DNA of 62,808 bases, filler included, from Stramenopiles sp. TOSAG23-2 (GCA_900128395.1; 11 parts of 11 records of this genome joined end to end with filler, not necessarily neighbours in it); one strand, 5' to 3'; counted from the first letter of the whole stretch, positions 22,992 to 34,394 are shown. Numbers and translations are program-made. The notes: a model not told the origin generated them from the letters alone.

Positions 22992-25900
22992 ATGGCATCT
23001 GAGACTACACCTATCAAGTCTGCTTCAATTGAAAAACCTAAATCTACTAAGAAGAAACAAGAACACCTCAACAAGACAAAAACTTTGGTTGATTTAGAAG
23101 AAGCAATTGGATTTTTAGAAGAAGAGTCAAATAGCAATATTAATATTAAGAATAATGATACAAATGTTAAAGGTGACAATACAACTGTAAACGATGCCTT
23201 TGATGCTGAATTGGATGCATTGATGAATGGGTTAGAGGATAGTAGTGAAAATAACGCAGTTATAAATGACAAAGAAGTGGATGCGAAGAAACAGAAGAAA
23301 AAGGAAAGTGGTGATAATAACAATAAGAACAATGCAACGACTTTTGAAAATGAATTGCAATCTATTGTTGATGATAATAATAAAATNNNNNNNNNNNNNN
23401 NNNNNNNNNNNNNNNNNNNNNNNNNNNNNNNNNNNNNNNNNNNNNNNNNNNNNNNNNNNNNNNNNNNNNNNNNNNNNNNNNNNNNNNNNNNNNNNNNNNN
23501 NNNNNNNNNATTGCAATCTATTGTTGATGATAATAATAAAGATAATAATAATGACATAAACAAAAACGAGGATACAAAACCAGTTGATAAAAACGAGGAT
23601 GGCAATGATGATGATATTGATGCCGAATTTGCTGCCTTAATGGAAGAAGTAGACGAAGTAGAGAAAAACCTGAATATGAAAAAAAATATGGAAGAAAATG
23701 CTACTACTGTTACGCCACAAACAACAACAAAAGAACAGCAGCAGCAACAAGAAGAAGATGAATTTGCTGCATTATTGAAAGAGTTAGATGCGGATGAAAA
23801 AACAATTAAAGATAAAATAAATAGTCAAGTTGAGCCAAAAGAAAAAAATGTTGAAACTGCATATAGANNNNNNNNNNNNNNNNNNNNNNNNNNNNNNNNN
23901 NNNNNNNNNNNNNNNNNNNNNNNNNNNNNNNNNNNNNNNNNNNNNNNNNNNNNNNNNNNNNNNNNNNNNNNNNNNNNNNNNNNNNNNNNNNGTAGCGACA
24001 ACATTAAACAATGGGGGCAGCCATTATCTAGTAACAATGAACTGCTTGTAGACGAAATAGGTGTAATGATAAAGACGGAATCGGATGAGTTAATACTTGC
24101 AATTTGTAACGCAATGGAAAGCGAAATTGTGTTTACAGGAAATATTACAAAACAAGTACTTGTTGATATAAGCGATTGGGAACAAGAAGAATTTTTGAAA
24201 AGTTTAATGTTGGTCTTAAATCAATGTAGTGAAGTACAACTAGCAAGTTTTATTTCAAGTTTAATTCGTACACTTGATAACAGTTATACAGCAATGGATA
24301 CACAATTGCATGATTACTCCAAAACATGTGGTGCAGATGATGTTACTGCAGAAGAAGCATATCATCAAGTAAAATCAATACCATTGTTACAACTGCAATT
24401 GGATGCTATTAAATTTTCCACGTTAATCTTAAAGCAAGTATATACAAATGTAGAACGTGCATCACGTAATATTGTCATACGACGGAATTTTATATCTACT
24501 GTATTAAATTCATTGATTAGTCACATAGCACCAGGATTGAATTGCGCTACTTTTTCTGAAGGACCGCGTAAATGGAATGCATGTAAAAAATACATTGAAC
24601 GTTTAAATTTACCAAATATACAAGATTATTATTTTTTGTATAATGCCTTGTCTAAAAGCATATTTTTACATGTGAAAGCGTATTCATCTGGCGAAGAATT
24701 GAATATAAAATTAAAAGTATATCGTGATAAGGCATTAAAAGAATCACTGGAACATGCAAAACAAACGCCGAAGCTTTTAGAGACATTCATCAATGGTGCT
24801 AACCACACTGGGAACAACGGGGGCAACCATAAGAATAAAGGCCCAGTCTTTTATCCAATGTATTACAGAGATGCAGATGGATCAATTGAGGAAGGCGAAG
24901 GTTATGGCCCGAGAAAAGAATTTTTCGCCCTCATCGGTCAACAATTAGTAAAAGAATTAGAAAATAATACTACACCATTTGTGTATCAAAAAAGCTGTGA
25001 ATCGTTTTGGCCAAATAATAAGTATGCAGATGAGGCATCGCTTAAATGGATTGGATTTATACTTGGTTGTTCATTTACTTCTAAGTGTCCTTTGGGAATA
25101 TCAATGCCAGAATTGTTTTTTAAATATTTACTCGATGACCATTATCGCCCTACATTAGAAGATGTGCAAAGCTTTAATGAAGAGATATATAATGCTATGG
25201 TATCAATTCAAAAGATGGACGATGGGAAATATCTTGAGGTTTTACAAGCCGATTTTTACGAAGATAACATGAAGCGGGATGAATACATAAAAGTATCACT
25301 AGAGGAGAGGCTTTATCAACCAATACAATGGCAATTAAAAATGCTTGGTGAAGGATTCAAATCTGTAATAAACTCTGATATGTTGACAACTACTGGTGCG
25401 ACGCCATTTGATTTTCATAAAATTACATTAGGTGGTGAAGGTTCAATTAATAAAAACTTTCAAATTCGTGATATTTTTAAAATTGCAACTGATTCAGAAA
25501 TGGAAGATTGGCCAATGCTTGAAGAAGTATTCTGGAATGTAATCGAAAACTTCAATTTGAAGCAAAAAAGGAACTTTATTAAATTTGTTACAGGCGTTGA
25601 TAAATTACCATATCCAAAATCGGAAGTTTTGCGTATTGAGATGCCATTCATGTCTTTCAGTACAAGTGAAGCAAGAGAAAATTATGCAAAATTGCCATCA
25701 GCACATACTTGTACAAGTACACTAGAAATACCGAATTATTTGGAATGTTTGTTGAAAACAAAAAATATTGATTCAATGGACAGTGTTTTAGCAGATAATA
25801 CGATGAAAATATCGATTGAAAAAGAATTGAAATTACATATTGAAAAAAAGCTTAAGTTTGCATTAGATAGCCTGGATGGTATGGGTTATGGTCTTGATGA

Positions 25901-26324
25901 TATTAAAATTGACGGAGATACTAATCCATCATTTAAAAAAAAAGAAATTGCTCCAAAAAAAATAACAACGCCAAGACAAACCATAACATTTTCCGATGAT
26001 TCCGACGAAGATGATGGATCTTTTGATATACCAATGTTTGATAACAGTAATAATATAACAAATGAAAACAAGAGTAAAAGTAATACGCCCAATCCAATTG
26101 ATACAAATACTACAAAAGTTTTAAGTAAAACAGATAAAAATGGTAGTAATACTAGTAGTGATAACAACAGTGTAAAGGATAGTATTAACAACAACAACAG
26201 CAGCAGCAATAACAACAACACGAATAATAATAAAATAACGTTTGATGATTCGTATGATTCCGACAGTAGTTTTGGATCATTAGATATTCCAATGATAAGT
26301 GATGATGAGAGTCCACGTTTTTAA
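22992..26324 (+). CDS. HECT E3 ubiquitin ligase (two internal N gaps; 5' end uncertain)
   Basis: EGEGYGPRKEFF, FIKFVTGVDKLP and catalytic LPSAHTCTSTLEIPNY. Confidence 0.88.
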   Translation: MASETTPIKSASIEKPKSTKKKQEHLNKTKTLVDLEEAIGFLEEESNSNINIKNNDTNVKGDNTTVNDAFDAELDALMNGLEDSSENNAVINDKEVDAKKQKKKESGDNNNKNNATTFENELQSIVDDNNKXXXXXXXXXXXXXXXXXXXXXXXXXXXXXXXXXXXXXXXXXXLQSIVDDNNKDNNNDINKNEDTKPVDKNEDGNDDDIDAEFAALMEEVDEVEKNLNMKKNMEENATTVTPQTTTKEQQQQQEEDEFAALLKELDADEKTIKDKINSQVEPKEKNVETAYRXXXXXXXXXXXXXXXXXXXXXXXXXXXXXXXXXXXXXXXXXXSDNIKQWGQPLSSNNELLVDEIGVMIKTESDELILAICNAMESEIVFTGNITKQVLVDISDWEQEEFLKSLMLVLNQCSEVQLASFISSLIRTLDNSYTAMDTQLHDYSKTCGADDVTAEEAYHQVKSIPLLQLQLDAIKFSTLILKQVYTNVERASRNIVIRRNFISTVLNSLISHIAPGLNCATFSEGPRKWNACKKYIERLNLPNIQDYYFLYNALSKSIFLHVKAYSSGEELNIKLKVYRDKALKESLEHAKQTPKLLETFINGANHTGNNGGNHKNKGPVFYPMYYRDADGSIEEGEGYGPRKEFFALIGQQLVKELENNTTPFVYQKSCESFWPNNKYADEASLKWIGFILGCSFTSKCPLGISMPELFFKYLLDDHYRPTLEDVQSFNEEIYNAMVSIQKMDDGKYLEVLQADFYEDNMKRDEYIKVSLEERLYQPIQWQLKMLGEGFKSVINSDMLTTTGATPFDFHKITLGGEGSINKNFQIRDIFKIATDSEMEDWPMLEEVFWNVIENFNLKQKRNFIKFVTGVDKLPYPKSEVLRIEMPFMSFSTSEARENYAKLPSAHTCTSTLEIPNYLECLLKTKNIDSMDSVLADNTMKISIEKELKLHIEKKLKFALDSLDGMGYGLDDIKIDGDTNPSFKKKEIAPKKITTPRQTITFSDDSDEDDGSFDIPMFDNSNNITNENKSKSNTPNPIDTNTTKVLSKTDKNGSNTSSDNNSVKDSINNNNSSSNNNNTNNNKITFDDSYDSDSSFGSLDIPMISDDESPRF

Positions 26325-26508
26325 TTTTCATTTTTAACACACTAGATATTTTATTTTATATATACATGTCATATTGGATTGCACGATTGTGATATTTGTA
26401 TTTTTTAATTTTTAAAATTAAAAATTATGCATAGTCGTCTAGATATAATACGATTCGTATAAAAAATACGTATTTTTTTTATTTTGTCCTATTATAAAAT
26501 TAGATTTA

Positions 26509-27519
26509 ATGTATTATCAGCTGGGCCAGCGCAGCGGGCCAGCGGGCATCCGTTATGGCGGCGTATTAACTTACGAAAGCCAAAATGAAAATGGTGGTCT
26601 CTCAGACGGAGACTTGAGTGGTGACGAAATGCAAGAGGATGATCATGTAGCATACAAAGCTGCTCGTATGATGGGTGGGAAAACTGACCTCGTGAAAGAG
26701 GAGCTTGTGAAAGAAGATATTCCTTTTGTTCCTCAGCAATTGACGGAAAAATCCATCCAAGATTTTCCAAATGACGTTCAAGCAAAAACCGTCAAAAAAA
26801 TCAAAAATCAAAATTATCGCTTTAACGAAGGAAATATGCGTGGTAAAGGTTTGTTAGAAGTTGACGAACATGGTAAAAATGTTGTGTTAGCAGAAGCGGA
26901 AGAGCTTTTTGAACAAGCTTCAAATAAAATACCTGAAGCATCCAAAGCTTTCGTTCGTGATTTCATAAAAGGCATTTTAGATGTTACCATCTACCCAGTC
27001 GGACCAAATGGTGAACGTTCAGTGGATGAAGAAACTTATGCTTCGGTGATGCAAGGTGTCGTTTTGCTTATCGATGCATTGGAAAAGTTGGTTACTTTCC
27101 GCAATGTTGAACACGCTATGTATGAGTTCAAAAAAATTATCAAATCGTATGAAAAGAGTAAACATCAGAAAAAAATCGATTCCGTTCAAAAATTAATCGA
27201 TGGTTTTAATGATGATGTTGACCATTGGAAGACGAAAAAAGCGTTGTCTCAGGATAAAGACGAGAAAGAAATCTTGAACAAAAAGATTGCGAATGCGGAG
27301 AAAGAGATTAGCACCTTGGAGAACAAAATTTCTGCTTTGAAAGAACGTGAACAATTAAGACGTAGTGCTCGTTTGAAAGCTTCGCCTCGTGTTACTGGTC
27401 GTAAAAGCCCAACACCAAATGATGGAAGTGGTGGCGACCCAAAGCGTCAACGCCTTCAATCCATTGCGGAAAATGGTGGTAGCAGTGGCAAACCAGAAAA
27501 TGATGAAGTTCCACTTTAA
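26509..27519 (+). CDS. Hypothetical coiled-coil protein (336 aa)
   Basis: Long ORF with coding-like composition. No family recognised; start uncertain. Confidence 0.6.
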   Translation: MYYQLGQRSGPAGIRYGGVLTYESQNENGGLSDGDLSGDEMQEDDHVAYKAARMMGGKTDLVKEELVKEDIPFVPQQLTEKSIQDFPNDVQAKTVKKIKNQNYRFNEGNMRGKGLLEVDEHGKNVVLAEAEELFEQASNKIPEASKAFVRDFIKGILDVTIYPVGPNGERSVDEETYASVMQGVVLLIDALEKLVTFRNVEHAMYEFKKIIKSYEKSKHQKKIDSVQKLIDGFNDDVDHWKTKKALSQDKDEKEILNKKIANAEKEISTLENKISALKEREQLRRSARLKASPRVTGRKSPTPNDGSGGDPKRQRLQSIAENGGSSGKPENDEVPL

Positions 27520-27761
27520 TCATTTTCAACATTGAATCGACTTCCAGGGATCAAATCAAGAAAATTATGGGGAAAAAACATTGGATTATTTATTTTTGAA
27601 CGGGTGAATATTTCATAATTATTTTATACCCTTTGCGTGTTGAATAAAAAAATATTTATTACATTTATTAAGAATTTATATATATATGAGTAAATTAAAA
27701 ATAAATTATGCGTAAATTAAATAATTATTATATATATATATGTTTTTTTAATTCATTTGTT

Positions 27762-28577
27762 TTAAACCATCGATTCTCCTGTTTCACTTCGCACTCTTTG
27801 AACAAATGATTCTTGTTCGACATACTTTGAAGCAGTGCCAGTTTCACGGTAGATATGCCCTGTAGCAAACATCATCTTTTCCATCTTTTTATCTTTGAAC
27901 ATCGTCCATAATCCATTTATACTAAACAAAAAAATTTGAATAAAGATTGAGCGTTTAATCGAACGTTTACGAAAGACATAATCATCGCCGTATTGGAAAA
28001 GGATGACGTCAATATTGTTATCTAAAAAAGTGTTACAATAAATATTCCACAAGGTGACTATTGCAAAAATAATCCCAATAATCAACACAAACACTCTGCT
28101 TTTCTTTTTCATTGTATCTAGAAACACGAAAAATACCACGGAAAAAAAAAATATTAAACCATTAATTGGAGAAAATGAATTATATGGCTTTACAGAATCA
28201 ATGGTAAAATTACAAATTCCCAACATCAAAATAATTACGACATTCACTTCTTTCAATAGCCTTCGAGTGACTGCGAAAGAGACGTTCTTGTAATAGATTG
28301 TCCCTACACCAATGATAAATACAATGCCACATACAAAAAATGCAACGAAAAGAGGGAGGTTATGACCACCAAAAAAAGTATCATTGAGGACAAATAAACA
28401 AAAACCAAGACCAACACTCACCGCCGCCAAACGCTGTCCCCACTTCACTCTCCAAAGAAGTCTTTCGCCCTGATAAATCATACCTGTTTCACGGTAAATA
28501 TGCCCTGTAGCAAACATCATCATTTCCATCTTTTTATCTTTGACCATCGTCCATAGACCATTTATACTGAACAACGA
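27762..28577 (-). CDS. Multi-pass membrane protein, paralogue of 11977-12948, internally repeated, 5' truncated
   Basis: FSINGLWTM.KDKKME.MMFATGHIYRETG occurs twice, about 216 aa apart. Shares family motifs. Confidence 0.8.
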   Translation of the reverse strand, partial: SLFSINGLWTMVKDKKMEMMMFATGHIYRETGMIYQGERLLWRVKWGQRLAAVSVGLGFCLFVLNDTFFGGHNLPLFVAFFVCGIVFIIGVGTIYYKNVSFAVTRRLLKEVNVVIILMLGICNFTIDSVKPYNSFSPINGLIFFFSVVFFVFLDTMKKKSRVFVLIIGIIFAIVTLWNIYCNTFLDNNIDVILFQYGDDYVFRKRSIKRSIFIQIFLFSINGLWTMFKDKKMEKMMFATGHIYRETGTASKYVEQESFVQRVRSETGESMV

Positions 28578-28677
28578 NNNNNNNNNNNNNNNNNNNNNNN
28601 NNNNNNNNNNNNNNNNNNNNNTTAATTAATTAANNNNNNNNNNNNNNNNNNNNNNNNNNNNNNNNNNNNNNNNNNNN
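28578..28677. other. Artificial contig linker
   Basis: N run around TTAATTAATTAA. Confidence 0.97.
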
Positions 28678-28679
28678 GT

Positions 28680-31442
28680 CTATCTAAAATAACAACAGAA
28701 GCAGAATGTAGCTTAGCAGCTGAATATAATAGTAAGAATAATATTGATAAAAATGGAGGATTTGGAGGCCGAGTGAGTACGTCGGGTTGGCCACCTGGAT
28801 GTGTTTATAGTGGTGGTTATAAATATTATTGGAATACCAACACAAAATCAACAATACAATGTAGTAATGGTTGGAAATGTATATGCAAACCAAAAACATG
28901 TATCAAATGCCCAATCAATACATATAGTGAAGGTGGTACCAATCCAACATGTACACCATGTCCAAATGATAGACCATATACGTTTTTAAATAGTAAACAA
29001 GATTCGGAAGATTCATGTACGAGTAAAAAAGATGCACTTAAATGTGAAGCTGGTTATGGTGTTCCAAGTGGAAAAATATTTACATCTGGGTATGCATCAC
29101 AATGTAGTGGTATATCTAAAATAACAACAGAAGCAGAATGTGAATTAGCAGCTGAATATAATAGTAAGAATAATATTGATAAAAATGAAGGATATAGAGG
29201 CCGATTCAGTACGTCGGATAGACCACCTGGATGTTTTTATAGTATTAATGATAAATATTATTGGAATGACAACACAAAATCAACAACACAATGTAGTAAT
29301 GAGAGGAAATGTATATGCAAAATAAAAACATGTAACAAATGCCCAATCAATACATATAGTGAAGGTGGTATCAATCCAACATGTACACCATGTCCAAAAG
29401 GTAGACCAACCACAAATTTTAAATCTGGACAAACATCCCGTAATGCATGTATATCCATACCAAAACAAAATTGCAAACCCGGCTATGGATTTATTAACGA
29501 CGGTATTACGAAACCAAAAGAATGCACAATATGTCCAACAAACACATATAGTACAGGAGGTAATAACCAATGTAAATCTTGTAGCAACAAATATATCCAG
29601 TATGATAACGATATAGGCACTGATTGCCTTAACGGATGTAAACCTGGCTATGGGGTGAAAAAAGTAGGCAATGGACTTGGATGTTCTCCATGTGAAGCAG
29701 GATTTTATGGAACGGGTGGAACACATCAATGTGAGCAATGCAAAATTAATCACGATTCAAAATGGAAATCAACCAGCGAGGATGATTGCACAAAAGCATA
29801 TGTTGGCGATGGTGGATTAAGCAAAGCACAATTAGAAAAACAAGAGAAACAAATTAAAGAATTAATTGTGCAACTTGGTAAAACAAAGGAAAAACAAAAT
29901 GATTTATCTATTAAAAACTCACGTTTATGGCAAGATGCAATGACACGAAAAAACCATGATGATATGTTAGAAAAACGAAAAGGTGATGACAATGATAAAG
30001 AAAAAAAATCATGCAAAGATGAAAGTAGAAAAGGTACAATTTTATTCCCAGCAATTAAAATATCAAATGAAATTGAAAAAACAGAAGATACAACATGTAT
30101 TGATACAAATCGTGATGAATTATTAAAATCATTTTGTTCCTTTACATCTGATTTAGATAATTTATTTCAAATACAAAATATTGATAAAGAAGCAAAGACA
30201 TTTTGGCCAAATATATGTTGTAAAGAACGTAGAGATACAAAATTAAAAGTTTGTGAAGATCCATCTGGACAATTGAAACGTGGTCAAATTGTACCATTTG
30301 CATTATCATCTGGTGGTGCATATAGTAAACATAATTTATATGCAGAAGTGAAAGATTCAATTCAACGTAATGGATATTTACATAAAGGTATGATTAAGTT
30401 GTTAAATTCACTTCGAACAACAGTTAGGAAAAAACATCAAGCAATTAAACTGGTCGATTCATTTTTTAATGAAGTTTCATTATGTGGTCCACGAATAATT
30501 GATATGCCAGGTGCAAATGATAAAACAAAATTATGCGAATTATTTATACCATATCAACATTCAATGACACAATTTTATTCATTAATTGAAAATTTATTTA
30601 AAACCCCAGTACCAATTCAACAATCATCATTATTTTTAGAAACAATGGAAGATTCATTACTTAAACGTAGACAATTAATAAATAATAAACAACAACAGCA
30701 GCGTTTAGGTAAAAACAATGTTAATAACATTCATATGATGATGAATAGCAAAAAAGGGACAAGTATGAACAATAATGCTGATACTAATGCGAAAAAACAA
30801 TGTAAACCTGGAAGTCATACAATTAGTTCCCGTGTAGTAGATAAAATGAAAAAAACATATTGTGAAGGACACAATCATATAGATTTATCAAATAATGAAA
30901 TAAAAAACATTGCTGTACATTATTTAGAAAATGATATTTCAAATGAATATCAAAATTACATGATTAGTTTAAAACAAGTATTGCGTTATGAAATTGTAGA
31001 TGAAAATTGCCCATCAGCACCATTATTTAAAGCAAAAGATATATCTATACAACAAGTAGCAATGGATACAGTAGATAAAGGAAAGAAAGAATGGGTAGCT
31101 GTGGTAAATTTAAATTCACTAGATGATAATAGTTATTTACAACATGAATTGCCAAGATGTATGAGTTCAAATTATTTAATTGGTACAAATATCAATGTAA
31201 AAGCATATATTGATAATAATGATTGTTGCGAAGGTCTTGTAGATTTTAAAGAATGTATAGAAACTCGTAAAAACTGTAAAAATAAATTATATCAATTGAA
31301 AAATGTTGCAGGTAATGATTATTCTAAAACAGTGAAATTGCAAGGAACGCATTATGATGTTACAGATGATAATAGTATGCATAGAAGACGAAAACAACGT
31401 ATGTTGTTAAGTAGTAATAATCAACATTCTGGTCATTGTTGA
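28680..31442 (+). CDS. Cys-rich repeat (GCC2/GCC3, ephrin-receptor-like) protein with coiled coil, 5' truncated
   Basis: C..CP.NTYS.GG....C.PCP repeats. 432-bp internal duplication (28681 vs 29113). Frame open from the contig edge. Confidence 0.8.
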   Translation, partial: LSKITTEAECSLAAEYNSKNNIDKNGGFGGRVSTSGWPPGCVYSGGYKYYWNTNTKSTIQCSNGWKCICKPKTCIKCPINTYSEGGTNPTCTPCPNDRPYTFLNSKQDSEDSCTSKKDALKCEAGYGVPSGKIFTSGYASQCSGISKITTEAECELAAEYNSKNNIDKNEGYRGRFSTSDRPPGCFYSINDKYYWNDNTKSTTQCSNERKCICKIKTCNKCPINTYSEGGINPTCTPCPKGRPTTNFKSGQTSRNACISIPKQNCKPGYGFINDGITKPKECTICPTNTYSTGGNNQCKSCSNKYIQYDNDIGTDCLNGCKPGYGVKKVGNGLGCSPCEAGFYGTGGTHQCEQCKINHDSKWKSTSEDDCTKAYVGDGGLSKAQLEKQEKQIKELIVQLGKTKEKQNDLSIKNSRLWQDAMTRKNHDDMLEKRKGDDNDKEKKSCKDESRKGTILFPAIKISNEIEKTEDTTCIDTNRDELLKSFCSFTSDLDNLFQIQNIDKEAKTFWPNICCKERRDTKLKVCEDPSGQLKRGQIVPFALSSGGAYSKHNLYAEVKDSIQRNGYLHKGMIKLLNSLRTTVRKKHQAIKLVDSFFNEVSLCGPRIIDMPGANDKTKLCELFIPYQHSMTQFYSLIENLFKTPVPIQQSSLFLETMEDSLLKRRQLINNKQQQQRLGKNNVNNIHMMMNSKKGTSMNNNADTNAKKQCKPGSHTISSRVVDKMKKTYCEGHNHIDLSNNEIKNIAVHYLENDISNEYQNYMISLKQVLRYEIVDENCPSAPLFKAKDISIQQVAMDTVDKGKKEWVAVVNLNSLDDNSYLQHELPRCMSSNYLIGTNINVKAYIDNNDCCEGLVDFKECIETRKNCKNKLYQLKNVAGNDYSKTVKLQGTHYDVTDDNSMHRRRKQRMLLSSNNQHSGHC

Positions 31443-31925
31443 GTGTGTGTGGTTACTTTTTTTTTTTGAGAGGTGCGGAGTAGTTTCAAACTACGAAATA
31501 AGTAAATTTGTGTATATGTTGACAACTTTAAATTTAATATAAATTTATATAAATTTATGTTTTCAATTTTTTATTGCAAAGCAGGTTGGTTGCGTTGCCA
31601 AATTCTTCTTCTTACAAGATAATAAATTGTATACTTTACAATACTATGTCCCTGCTAGAGCCGGGGCGGCAAGAATGTTGAGGGAGTCCTATATGGATTA
31701 TGGCGGTTAGGATGTTGGGATCCTCTTTACCATAGCAATACCATTATACATAAATGGTGTAAATTTATATAATAATACAAAATATATATATAATCAATCA
31801 TGAATATACCCCCGAGAGAGAGAGAGAGAATAGAGCATAACAACGAATTATAGACAATATTAAGAGATATATATTAGAACAATATACATACATAGATAGA
31901 TACAAAATAGATATACATTACCACC

Positions 31926-33674
31926 ATGTCATCCTCACCATCCTATAAATTAGTTGGTAATCGACCACCAAATTTTTTTATCAATGAAATAAAATCTTCG
32001 TTTTCATTTCAAGAACTAGGTAAAATTTATGTCATCGTTTTTATGTATGCATTTATTTTTCATTTACGTGGTATCGTTCTGTTTCCATTTTTAAGAACAT
32101 TAATTGTATGTGATCCAGCAACGGTAAAATTAGATACGACGGTAAATGTCATGCCACACGTAGTGCCATCTTATGATCATAATAACGTGAAATGGTCTGG
32201 ATCTGCACATTGTAATGATCAAGAATATGTTGCAAGAAAAGCACAAGTATATAAAGGTTATGCAGATGCATTGGATTTATTATTGCATTTCGTTACATTA
32301 CCAATATTAGGACAATTTGCAGATCGATATGGACGCCGTATTATGATTTTAATCGGTATTTTTGGTGTCTGTTTACAAACTATTACATATTTATGCGCAT
32401 CAATGTTTAATTCTATTTTATTCATTTTTTTAGGTGGTGCATTACAAGGTATTACTGGTGGTTTTTTTAGTACTGTACATGCTGTTATAGCTGATAAATC
32501 AAATGATGAAGCGCAACGTGGGGTATGTATCTATATTTTATTATATATCTAACTCTTGCTTTCGTAATATATTATTTACTAACATACATATATTAGATTG
32601 GATATGGTATTGTACAATCCTGTGGTGGATTTGGTACAATTACAGCAGTTATTGTTGGAATGGTATATATAGTTCATAAAAATTATGAAAATTACATACA
32701 AACAATGTTATTTATCTCAATTGCTGGACATTTTGTTTTATTTATTGGTTATTTTATTGTACCAGAAACGTTAATTGATTATCATAATTTAAATAATGGA
32801 AGTATTAATAATAATGATAATGATAGTAGTAGTAAACGTCGATCATTGAAATCAATATTTAAAAATGCATCACCAATTAATACAATACGTTTTTTTAACC
32901 AATATACAGAATTAAGACGTTTAGCAATTGTTATATTAACAAGTTGTTTATCGGTAAGTATATATCATTTATTATAGTTGGATGGATATATATTGCATCG
33001 ATTACTAACAATATATATATATATATATATTTATAAATAAATAGGTCTCATGTTTAACGATCATACAAGGTTATACTGTAGCGGAATATGGATGGACACA
33101 AACACATAGTGTCGTTGTGATGGTATGTATTGGTGTATTTGCTGGTCCAAGTATCTTATTATCACCATTAATCATAGCAAAATATGGTGCTTTACGTTCA
33201 GTACAAGTTGCATTTTATATCATGTCACTTGGATTAGCCATATTAATCTTTTCACCATTTAATCCATTGTTTTTATATCTTGGTTGTGGTACCGTTTCCA
33301 TTGCATCATTTGGTGCACCTTCGTATTTAACATTAATTAGTAATTTTCAATTAGCAAATACACGTTTTGGTGAATTACAAAGTGGAATGGGTGCAATGGC
33401 ATTATTAGCTATGTCAATTGGTACTATATTTTATTCCACTTTGTTTTTATTTTTATCTAAAAATATGCGTTTTATTATCTTTTTAATTGGTACTATCAAT
33501 ATGTTTTCCACATGTATTTATTTTACAAAACATGTGGTCAATGGTGATTTTCATAATAGTCGTATTAATTTAGATGATGCATTTGATGATGAAGAGGAAG
33601 ATTTTGGTTTTATTGATAGTGATGATGATGGGGATAGTAGAAGAGGTAGAAGCGATAGTGTGATCAGTGTGTAA
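31926..33674 (+). CDS. MFS transporter (TetA/HIAT-like), 3 exons: 31926-32522, 32597-32953, 33045-33674 (527 aa)
   Basis: Motif A GQFADRYGRR. Phase-0 introns GTATGT..TACTAAC..TAG (32523-32596) and GTAAGT..TACTAAC..TAG (32954-33044) join three ORFs in frame. Confidence 0.88.
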
Positions 33675-34294
33675 AGAGTTATGTTAAGATCGGAACCTGT
33701 GTGTGTGTGTGGGGTTTAAGTGAATAACCAAGGTTGTGAGTTGTGAGAGTCTGAAGAGAGAGTAAAAAGGGGTTTGATTGTTTGATTGTTTGATTTCTTC
33801 GGGTTGTACCCGCAGTAAAATCGTTTTAGGTCCCTGTTTATTAATAGAAAAATGCTTATAGTAGGAATATATTTTTTTGTCTCTCTTTAATCGCTCTACT
33901 TTCTCTGACTTCTCCCTTCTCATTTTTCATTTTTCACACATTATTTTCTTTTTCTGTTTCATGTGTGTGGTATATTTTTTTCATCTTGTGAAATATATGA
34001 CTCTCTCTTTTACATTACAAAAATGGTCTGTTAACATTTACAATACTGTACCTACTGTCTAACATTTGGTAACGTTGATATCTCATGATCTACTGACGTA
34101 ATACAAATTTAATCATAATTAGCAACATAAGATGGTGTTTCAAATGTTTCTTTCTATTTTTTTTGCATTTTTAATAATATTGTCGTTGTGATCATTTTAT
34201 TATTATGATGTATCTATCGATCTACTACGTATTGTGTTATATATATATATGTTAATATGTACATTGTTTTAAACGTATTATACTACGTCCATTA

Positions 34295-34394
34295 NNNNNN
34301 NNNNNNNNNNNNNNNNNNNNNNNNNNNNNNNNNNNNNNTTAATTAATTAANNNNNNNNNNNNNNNNNNNNNNNNNNNNNNNNNNNNNNNNNNNN
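34295..34394. other. Artificial contig linker
   Basis: N run around TTAATTAATTAA. Confidence 0.97.

Noticed and set aside
23354-23540. Direct repeat TTGCAATCTATTGTTGATGATAATAATAAA flanking an N gap in the HECT gene
   Set aside because: Most simply an unresolved scaffold overlap or collapsed repeat; it cannot be interpreted.
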